Positions 53,701-64,000 of a DNA stretch of 64,000 bases are shown here, piece by piece. Every line of letters begins with the position of its first letter. The first letter of the stretch is position 1. The DNA comes from Geosiphon pyriformis uo1 (lineage: Eukaryota; Fungi; Glomeromycota). Both the position numbers and the translations under genes were made by a program. Below the pieces are notes generated by a model, which ran no database searches, was not told where the DNA came from, and was given only the letters and a program-made list of their open reading frames with translations. The stretch is from positions 1-64,000 of the forward strand of contig JAAOMT010000429.1 of assembly GCA_016748015.1 (NCBI GenBank). Direction: 5' to 3'.

Positions 53701-56390
53701 ACTAATTTAACAGTATTCTCAGCAATGATTATTATAACAATAAAATCTAATCTGGTCACAATGCTTAGTTTTATCACAACAATCATAACAAACACCAACT
53801 TTCAGACCACATTTTTAGAACTTAAATTAAAGAAAAAATTATTTACTCTCAAATTCAAACTTCTTAAATCAGCCAGCAACAAATACAATAATACTACAAA
53901 ACCTAAGTCTAAATAATAATAAACAATACAATACATCTATATATTATTAGCAAGCATTTTTTATTTTATTTGAACTACAGAATTTTTATAATATGACATT
54001 TCACAAAGATTAAAATATTAACACTATTAAAAGCTCTATTGTTAATACCAGTAAAAGTACCAGCATGATTTTTCTTATAACTATTACTAATAACAAAACA
54101 TTAGCTGTTATATTTTCTTTTAAACTTGAGAAAAAAAAATTCATCTTTATTTTGTTTAATAAAACCACTTTATATGAAAATAAACTAATCACCACAATGT
54201 AAATTAAAATGAAAACAGATAATAAATTCATTAAACTAGTTTTAAATAGCAAATTAACAAAAAGTATTATTACTCTTCAATTAATAAACCAATTAGATTA
54301 TTAAATTAACAGAAACACCAATACTCTTATTATTACTGCTGACAGAACTAAAAAAATGCTAATTAGAAAAATTAACTTCTTTTTCTTCAACATAAATAGA
54401 ATAATTATTCTTATTAAAGTATTAGTTATGAATACAACTTAATATCAAGCACTAGTTAGAAATAATTAATTAGAAAAAATAAATGCCATTTTGGATTGGT
54501 TGACTCAAGAGTTACAACTAATATATTAGAAACAATACACATAAGTATTTATTATGTGTAGATATTTTAAAAAAAATTTCTACACAAACAATCCACTTCA
54601 GTCTAAATTTGAAAAAACATTAAAAATAAAAGCCATTAAAGCATATTAGATTAAGTAAAATGAAGACAATCATAAAAAACTACCACTTGGTTTTGAGTAA
54701 ACTAATAAAACCTTTAACTTTATACTATTACACTTTTTTTGATCCCAATATTATCAAAGTTATTGACCAAAATTACAATGTTTAATTTGCCAAAAAAAAC
54801 TATCTTCTATAATGACTTATGTTATTCTATACAAAAATAACCAACAGATCATTTACTACTATAATAACTGATGTTACAAAAAAACATATAAATATTTAAA
54901 ACAATTAAGAAAATAAGACAAAACTCTTTGTATCTTATGTAAAAAAATTTTATCTAATAAATACAACTAGATTGATATGCAATTTAGAAAGGCCACATAT
55001 AATTTCACTTGTCAATATACTGTTTTTATTACCAACTGGATAAAAAAAAAATTTTTTTTAATACTGCTTATAATAGAATTCTAAATTACATATATTATTA
55101 CCTATATAATACCAAACAACTATATAATATAACTAAAGCAAGTGTACAAGACAAAATGACCAAAAAAATTCAAAATTAGAAAGTACTGGCAAAAGTTATC
55201 AAAGAAATTATTAAATACAACTCTTTAGATTTTTTACAAGAATTTTAAGATTACTATTAAGAACTTTGCTTAACATGAAAAAAACAGGAATAATACTTTG
55301 TACAAATAAATACTTATTTATATAAAAACTGCTTAATTTCTTGTTAATTATAATAGTGTTTTAACTGTTAGCTTCAGTTTGAATTATTTAAAGAAACAGC
55401 TCAATTTGGAAATTATTCAGACTATAAAGCAAGAAATGTAATTTCATAAACATTAAAAATATTATTAGACAACTTGTATATCTTTATTAATTTTCAACAA
55501 AAATTGAACATTAAATATTTTATTGACAGCAACTAAGAAATTTTTTCAGAATAAACACATCTAACTAATGTTAAATTTGATCTCTAATATCTTAAAAACC
55601 AAACATTAAAGTTAAAACCATTTACTATTATCACAATTAATTTAAAATTAATATTTAAAATACCAACCAGAATCATAGTACAAATAGCTTCTCAATTTAG
55701 TTTAGTCAGAAAAAAAATTAATATCAAAAGAAAAATTATAGACTTTAAACACATAAAAAATTTTATAGTCCTATTATACAATAAATCAAACTGATCATAT
55801 TTAATTAAACCAAAAAAAAATTACACATGTAATTATTTTATCTTTACTTCAAATTATCAAATTAATTACTATTGAAACCTAAAAAAAGCTGGAAAAAACC
55901 AAATGCAGAATTCAAAGTCTTGGTTCTAAAAAAACAGTCACATTACCTATTGACTATATAGAAACAATACAAAAAAACTTCGACATAATTTGAATTAATT
56001 AAATAATTACAATCTTATTATTTAGAACATATTTATTTAATACATACAAAAAAACAACAGAAAAAAATCTTTTATTCAAATTATATGCTCTTTTTTGTAA
56101 ACAATTTTTAATTAGTTTTATTGATTTGTATATACTATGCTATAATTATTTGTAAATAAAAATACCTATTTACAACTTATTTAAAAAAACTATATACTTA
56201 TCTAAAAATATAGTCTTAAAATATCTAAATACAGATATTGTTAATTAATATAAACTTCAAAAAATCTTTGACTTTTTTTAGTTGGTATTATATTGTAAAA
56301 CTAAATTAATTCTGTCAAGACCAAATACTGAATGCTACTAAATAACTAGTGAAAAGTTAATTAAGCTTAATCTTGGATTATTAGACTTAT
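50780..56390 (+). mobile_element. Ty3/Gypsy family E, 5' portion, heavily decayed
   Basis: Gag (IAKLTNFTGEKED, knuckle CYNCQKHRHIKAKY about 53565-53606), protease about 54200-54550, Cys-rich region about 54750-55380, dUTPase about 55555-55930. Cut at 56390 by a B-type LTR. LTR boundaries not resolved. Confidence 0.75.
55555..55930 (+). pseudogene. dUTPase domain in Gypsy E pol
   Basis: HLTNVKFDL, VQIASQFSLV and KRKIIDFKH are eroded motifs 1-3, at the same position as in families A and B. Confidence 0.65.
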
Positions 56391-57701
56391 TATTATTTAT
56401 AGAAATAGAAATAATTATAAGTAAAAAAAATAGTCATTCAAAAAAAAGTATAGTAAATAAAAAAATTCTGGAATTTTTTTCAAAAAATTGCAAGATTCCA
56501 GAATTTTAGAATTCTTCTTAAGAAATTACAAGATTTCAGAATTCCAGAATTTTTTTAAAAAAATTGAAGAATTTTAAAAAATTTTATATAACATAAATTA
56601 TGTATATATAGTAAAAGTATTAAAAACAGAAAAGTATTTAATTCAGTTCAGAATTTAAAACAGTTAAAGATAAGTAATTATTCAATACTTTTTTCTTTAA
56701 AAGATAATTTTCTATAATTTGAAATAAAATTATACTAATATTAATAAAATTATCTATTATTATCTAATCCATGTTACCATTATTTGATTAAAAAATATTA
56801 ATTAATTTTACATTATTAACACTTCATATTAATAGAAACTAATACTTAATTATATTAAACTAATAACTCTTAATCATAACTATTAACAAAATACTAATTT
56901 TTTATTTTTTATTTTTATTTTTTTTTATTTTTTTTGTCTGTTTTTTTGGTTGTTTACTAATTGATTAAAAAATTAAGTACTGAGTATTTAATATTAATAA
57001 ATCAGTCATCATGTTAAAAAAAAATTCATGAAAAAAATTATCAATTAAATCTCTGTCTGTTATACAAAAAACTTAATCAAAATCTTCAGAAATCACTATT
57101 ATTAATTACTATTGAACACCAAGTTACAAGTTTGTTATTTGTTTAATACTCTAAATAATTACTTGTAATATTTGATGCTCTTTGTAAAATATAATTTAAC
57201 AGAAAACCAGCACTAATATTAACTATTTGGAAAAATAGCAGACTAAGAAATAATAAAAGAAAATCATTTAATATTTGCAAATTTCTTATTTTAATATTAC
57301 TAAACTTACTTTAAATTAACAAATAATTATTGGCCAACAGAATCAGTTCTTAATTTTTACATAAATAAAAAGATTATATACTATTTGAAAGGCCAAAAAA
57401 ATTCAAAAACTGCCATCAAAAACTTTTACAGTGAGCTACTACAACATACTAATTTCCCATAAAATTATGATTTTGTTACAATAATTATAAAGATAAATTG
57501 CAAAATCAAAAATTATACCAAACAAAAATTTCTCATCACTTTTACTAACAAAAAAAAGAGAAGTTACAAATCATAGCAGAATCTTGAAGAAAGTATAACC
57601 ACCTACTTAAAAGAAATTAAGAATTGTTTTATCCATTAATTCATTATATTATTACACATCTAAAAGCACCATCTAAATAATATTAACAGTTATGTTTATA
57701 T
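56391..57701 (+). mobile_element. Gypsy B-type element (B4): 5' LTR 56391-57170, PBS and gag start; interrupted
   Basis: LTR homologous to 29294-30111; TTTGATGCTC PBS remnant at 57171; gag 5' region homologous to 30130-30640. Confidence 0.85.
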
Positions 57702-60700
57702 TGTTACTTATAGAATATAAAAAGTATTTAGCATATAAATTAGCCAATCAGAAGTAATCATAGTAAATGTAGAATTTTAGAATTCCTCTCAAAAAAATTG
57801 CAGAATTCCAGGAATTTTAAGATTCTCATACAAAGAATCGCAGGATTCCAGAATTTTAGGATTCCTTTCAAAAAAATTGCAGGATTCCTGGTGTGAAAAA
57901 TTGAGGAATTGAGAAATCTCAATTATGTATATATAGCAGTAGTGTTAGAAGTAGAAAAGGAAGACCTTGAAGTTTAAACTTGATCTAAACAACCTTCTAA
58001 CTTACAAATATTAATAAATAATTATTTTTTATTTCAAATCTACTCTCTACTATCAACATAAAGTGTTGATAGTAATTAATACTTAATCACACTGGAACAA
58101 TAGTTCTTGATTATGGCTATTGACATAATACTAATTATTATTGTCTTGGCTTATTTTTTGTTTTTTGTTTCTTTTATTTTTATTTCTTTTCTTTTGTTGT
58201 TATTTACTAATTGATTAAAAAATTAAAGTGCTAAAATACAGATGTCATAGAGACTGGTAAAAGACCTGTGAAACAAAGGTAAAACACTTATAGATTTGAG
58301 GATAACTTACCAGGAGGATTACTGGTTACCACACTGAGAAAGAAATTCGATGAAATTGCGATTTTGGGAGGCTACTGAAACAACTATTGAATTTCTGTCT
58401 ATTATACAAAAAACTTAACCAAAACCTTCAGATTACAGAAACCTTTAAATACCAATGCCAATATATTAATTGAGCACCAAGTTACAGGTTTGTTATTTGC
58501 TTTGAGAACCCAAATAATTACTTGTAACATTTGGTGCTCCTTATGAGGTATAATCCTACAGAGAATCAGCATCATCAACAATTATCATAAAGTGACAGAA
58601 CCAGAAATCATAGAGACAAACCATTTAGAATTTGCCAAATTTTTATTTCAACAGTACAGCCAATAATTGGGCTTAACCAACAACTATTATTCAACAGAAT
58701 TAGTCTTCAACTTTTACATCAATAAGAGAATCACAGATTTTCTAGAAAGACCAGTTGACATTGAATTAGCAAGAGAAAATTTTTATACAGAATTAATCTA
58801 ATACACTAGCTTACGACGGAATTACAGTTTTATACTAATTATTAGAAAAATTAATCAAGAAATCAAAGATACACTCAACAACAATTTCCTATTACCTACA
58901 CAAATAAGAATAAAGAAAAATTACAAACATCAGCAGTAACACTAAAAAGAATACAACTACCAACATAAAAGAAACAAAGAATTGAATTTCTACTATATCT
59001 ATTATACTATCACACACCTGATAGTATCATCAACATTATATCAACAGACATGTTTACATTAAATACAACATCAATATTTGGACAACTCTTATTTCAAAGT
59101 GAACAAAAGAAAATAGAATTATTAAGAACTTACGGCAATTACTTTGAAGGTTTTAAATCACAATCCTCAATGCCATCAAGATTCTGATCATTGCCACCTC
59201 AACCAGACTTTGGAACTACAAGTTTCTGGGAAATAATGGCATCAAAAGAAGAGGAAGAAGAGGATCAAAAATTTAATTATCAAAATCTGATTACAGAAAA
59301 TCCAGAAATTGAAACTCCGAACTTTCAAACTCCTCAAAATTTGAACAATACAAACTCCAAAACAATTAATCAGCAAAACTTATCTTCAGTAATTGTCATC
59401 AATCAACCACCAATTGAACTGATTATTGAACCAATTTAGCAGCAGCCATTTCAACCACTTCAACCACCCCGACAACCACAACAGCCATTTCAACAGCCAC
59501 AACAACAACTTCAACAACCAAACTTAGATCTAATGGTCTATGCTTCAATAGCAAAACTTGAGAAATTTATTAGCAAAGAAGACAATGCTCAAATATGACT
59601 AAATGACATTGAAAAAGCCATAGATAGAACAATGCAAAAGCCCTCCAAGCCATCCCCTATTTCTTACAGGATACTGCCAACTTGTGGTATCAAAGTTTAA
59701 CCACCAAACCTTAAACATTCCAAGAATTTAAAGTTGCATTCTTGGAATATTTTAGTAATAATAACAGTATTAATCACCTGGCCAACACTTTCATCACAAT
59801 CAAACAAAGAGAAACTAAAGCAGTTACCTAGGATGTTTTCACAGAAACTTGCGCCAAATTCAAGCAATTCAAGCTGACTAAACCAGTTCATCTGTAGACT
59901 ACACAGTAGCATCCTCCAATGCATATGCCCAATGCACTCACAAACTCTCCAAGATGCAGTTATTAATGTACAAGATTTTGAATCCACTGAACTTGAAGCT
60001 AACCATGCTCAAGCCATCAATCTAATAATAAACAGATTATCTGAATGGGACTTTAAGCTGAAACAATTCAGTGATTTCATTGACAAAAAATTAAAAGGGT
60101 ACTTAGCTAACAATCAGGCAGTTTATCAACCTCCACAACAACATAATAATCAGGGAAACATAAATTATTTCCAGAATCAGTTGTGTCCTTCATCCTCAGC
60201 CAATCAATAATGGCAGCAGGAGATGTGTGTTTGCCACTACTGTAGTAAATAAAGACATTTAAGAATTGACTACAGGTCAAGAATAGATAACCAACAATCG
60301 GGAAATCAATATTGAAACTCTGATTACTGGTTCCCAACTCTGAATTATCATGCAAACTCAGCTCCATATTAACTGACTTACCTGCCAATGATGCAGCAAC
60401 CAATCTATCAAACATCTGTATATTAACTTCTAATTTATTAACCACAGCCACAAGTACTATATCAACCACACCCACTAGTAAGTTATCAATCTCAGCAACT
60501 TCAAAAATCACCACCAAACCCAGCTCAGATGACATCAGAGAATCTCAGATCAAAAATCACTCAAAACTGGAGATCAATAATAGTTGTCCACCAACTGATC
60601 CCCAGTTTATCAAACCAATCATCAGGATTCCAACAGCAGAGTTTAGGAACCGGATATACTCAAAACCCAAGTTTTCAGAACTATTTAAGCCTTTTAGTTA

Positions 60701-61699
60701 TCCCAGAAAACATTTCACCTAATAACCTAGAAGCCAACAAAAAACAACCACTTACCAGCAACATACCTTCAGCAATCATTACCAACAATGAATCACTAGC
60801 CACAATTTTTCCATTTAAAATTGAAGAACTATCACAAACACTATTGTTTAGTAGAGCTGTACTTGAAAAAAAATCCATCACTACTATGTACACTAATGCC
60901 AAAGTTAATGGCCACTTCATTAAACTGATCCTAGACAGTGAATCAGCTGAAAGCATCATTACAAAACAACTTATGAATCAATTAGGTCATTGAGTTGATC
61001 AAACTGCCAACACACAAATTATTACTACTGATGGAGCAACCAAAACTCTGATCAGCGAGATTGATGACTTCCCTATAAAAGTCAATAGCATCATTGTGCC
61101 AATCAAAGTATTAGTTATAGAAGCCACTCAATATCAAGCACTCATTGGTAACAATTGGCTGTCCAAAATCAATGTAATACTGAATTGGAACATATAGGAG
61201 CTTCAACTTAGTCAGAACAATCAATACACATGTGTACTAGCCACATATGGTCATTTTAAAACCACCAACATGCTAGCACCACTTATTGAATTCAAGAAAA
61301 TAAAGAAAAAACCTATCTGAGAAGTGTACCAAGTTTTTTAAATTGACGAAGACCACAACAAGTTATCTTTGATACTTTTATGAAATAACTATGAGAAAGG
61401 AAAGCAAAAAGAAGAACTTACCTAGAATTCTAACCAAGTCTGAGAAACCAACAACAACCAGAAAGAGCTAATAAATTGGGAGTGGGAAGAAAATAAAGAA
61501 AGAAAAAAAAAGGGAAAGGAAGAAGAACCAATATTAATTATCATTGCTACTTATATCCCATATACATACTCCATCACAACCATCTAACTATTACTGTCCA
61601 AAACTGGTATGCATTGATTGTGGCAAAAAATTGTTGTCAATAGGTACATGCTGTAGTGATGACAAGGAATACCAGATGGCAACTAAGTTCTATTGCCAC
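57702..61699 (+). mobile_element. Gypsy B-type element (B3): 5' LTR 57702-58529, PBS, gag, protease, Cys-rich start; interrupted
   Basis: TGTTAC...GTAACA LTR and PBS TTTGGTGCTCCTTATGAGG at 58530-58548. Gag (IAKLEKFISKEDNAQ, knuckle CHYCSK*RHLRIDY about 60232-60273), aspartic protease LILDS(G>E)SA about 60925, and CPKLVCIDCGKK...CC...YCH at 61593-61699. Confidence 0.92.
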
Positions 61700-64000
61700 T
61701 GTTACAAGTGATTATTTGGGGTTTCAAATCAAATAACAAATCTGTAACTTGGTGCTTGGTTAATATGTAGGGTTAATATCTGAAGGTGTGTTTTCTGAAA
61801 ATTTTGGTATGGAATCCTTTGTATAATAGACAGAGAGTTAATTAATGGTTTTATCCATAACTTCCTAAAATCACAGTTTTGTCAAATTTTTTTTTCAGCA
61901 TGGTCGCTGGTAATCTTCCTGGTAAGCTATCTTCAACTCTATAAGTGTTCTACCCTTGTTTCACAGGTCTTTTACCAGTCCCTATAATGTCTGTATTTCA
62001 GTGCTTAATCCTTAATCAATTTAGTAAAACCAAAGAAATAACAAAGAAATAAAAAAAAATAAAAGAAAATAAAGAACAAGTAAAAGCAATTGCAAATTAG
62101 TATCTCATCAATAGCTATGATCAAGAGCTATTGTTCTAGTATAATTAAGTATCACTTACTATCAACATGAAGTGTTGATAGTAAAGAGTGGATTTGAAAT
62201 AAAGAATAATTATTTATTAATATTTGTGAATTGGAAGGTTGCTTAAATGAAATTTAAACTAAAAGGTCTTTAGCTAAAAAATTCTGTTCCTTTCTGTTTC
62301 TAATACTACTGTTATATATACATAATTGAGATTCCTCAATTTCTCAATTTTTTACATCTGGAATCCTGCAATTTTTTTTGAGAAAAATCCTGGGATTCTG
62401 GAATTCTGTGATTCTTTTATACAAGAATCCTGAAATTCCTGGAATCCTGCAATTCTTTTTGAGAAAAATCCTGGAATTTTACATTTACTATGGCTACTTC
62501 TAATTGGCTAATTTATATGCTAATATACTTCTTATATTTTATGAGTAATATTATTCTCTTTTTTAATATTAAGCTTCATCGAGATCTCCCAAATCTCTTA
62601 ACTCTAATTTTCTGTCATTGAGTATTTCTTGAACTTCTTTTTCGAGAATTGCTTGAGTTATTTTGTTCTGTAATTCTTCAAATTAGGTGTTAGTTATTTT
62701 TTCTATTTGGTTAACTGTAATGGAGTTCATCTCTGGATTAAGTAAAATTTCTGGTTTGTCTTGAAATTCAGTATGCAATCAATAGATAACTCTTGCTTGT
62801 GTTGTTAGATTGTTTTTTCTCACAAATTGTTCCAGTTGTTACAGTATGGTTGTGTCGAATAATCATTTTGTTTTATCTGTGTATAAGTTTTAAATATTCA
62901 AGTGTCGTCCCAAGTGAAAATAACAAAAGTTCTTTGGAAATTTGTGTATCCACCATTTCCAAGTTTTTTTAGTCAACTCTTGATATACATTGATACTTAT
63001 TGGTTTTTCTATTGCTAATTTTATTTTCAACACCATTTTGTTGATAGTGTTTTCTGTTTTCTTTTAACTTTTGTATTTGGGTCTCTTTTTAGTATCTCGG
63101 TATCAAATGGTTTGTTGATTAATAGTAATTTCCATATTCTGTTGTTAAATCAGTTGGAAAAGTTGTTGTGCTAGTGAGTAAATGTTGTCAGTGATTTCCA
63201 TTTTTCTAAAGTTTTTTGTCACATCTGTCATGTTTTTATATACCTTTTTTATTGTTTAATTTTATGTGTTTGGTCCAATGATTATGATTGGTTCCAGATC
63301 TCATAAAATCTCATCTGGTTGAACTAGTATTCTTTGTACTCTCAATTGTGAAATGTTATTGGTAGATGGTGACACTATATAGTGATATGATTTTAGTCAA
63401 TCACTATGTGCTGCTTTGGCTAAGATTTTGTTGTCTCATCTTAATTTATAAGCTTCATTTCCAAGAATTTTTTTAATGTAAAATGGTCCATTCCATTTGG
63501 GGTCAAATTTTCCACTCCATTGTTTTTCTACTTTAGTATGATATAGAAGTACTTTGTCTCTAATTCTGAATTCAACTGGTTTATCTGATAGTTGGTTATT
63601 ATGTTTTTCTTTTTGTTTTTTTTGTGACTTGTGTATATTATCAGCTGCTTTTCACCATTTGTTTTTTAGTGTTTCCATCAAGTCATATGTTCTTCTTAGC
63701 AATGTTTCCTGCAAATTGTTCTCAGTTATTGGTTCTGTTGGATAAGTGTTAACTTCTATTTCTACTGGTAATGTTGCTGTTCTATCATATACTAATTCAA
63801 ATAGTATTGCTTGTGTAGTGTCTTGCTTCATTGTCTGATAAGTAAACAATACTGATAATATAAACAAATCTAATTTGTCCTGGTTTTTTTGACTGATTTT
63901 GGCAATTGTTTCACACAATATTCTGTTAAAAACTTTCAACTAACCCATTTGTTTGTGGATGGTATGATAATGATAATGGTCTTTTTATTTCAAATCTTTG
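61700..64000 (-). mobile_element. Gypsy B-type element (B5), 3' portion: integrase, ORF3, PPT, 3' LTR 61700-62550; runs off the window
   Basis: Integrase C-half (HPQTNGLVKVFNRILCETIAK...WNGPFYI), ORF3 63265-62569, AAAAAAGAGAATAA purine tract, LTR homologous to 57702-58529. Confidence 0.92.
62569..63265 (-). pseudogene. ORF3 of Gypsy B5 (about 230 codons, unknown function)
   Basis: VYKNMTDVTKNFRKMEITDNIYSLAQQLFQLI...YQELTKKTWKWWIHKFPKNFCYFHLGRHLNI*NLYTDKTK*LFDTTIL*QLEQFVRKNNLTTQARVIY*LHTEFQDKPEILLNPEMNSITVNQIEKITNT*FEELQNKITQAILEKEVQ...; homologous to 42471-43187. Confidence 0.8.

Overview
Eukaryotic, intron-containing and very AT-rich genomic DNA. The transposon proteins, intron style and DP gene point to an early-diverging fungus, most likely Glomeromycotina and Geosiphon-like (inference from recognition, not from a search). 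A roughly 10-kb CpG-retaining island (about 14.6-24.4 kb) holds two intact spliced genes: an 8-exon 6-phosphofructo-2-kinase/fructose-2,6-bisphosphatase (448 aa) and a 7-exon DP-family (E2F partner) transcription factor (487 aa). The rest of the window is mostly decayed retroelements: LINEs (APE-RT-RNase H), ORF1-only LINE derivatives sharing a structured 3' end, and several Ty3/Gypsy families nested four levels deep. The Gypsy elements have an unusual architecture: 4-bp TSDs, a U5 anti-PBS hairpin, a Cys-rich domain plus dUTPase between protease and RT, and a conserved third ORF between integrase and the 3' LTR. Older repeat copies carry massive, almost purely C>T/G>A mutation in all dinucleotide contexts. 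The genes, one young solo LTR and one very short repeat copy are spared, which looks like a RIP-like genome-defence footprint in a lineage where RIP is not established. All alignments and translations were done by eye.
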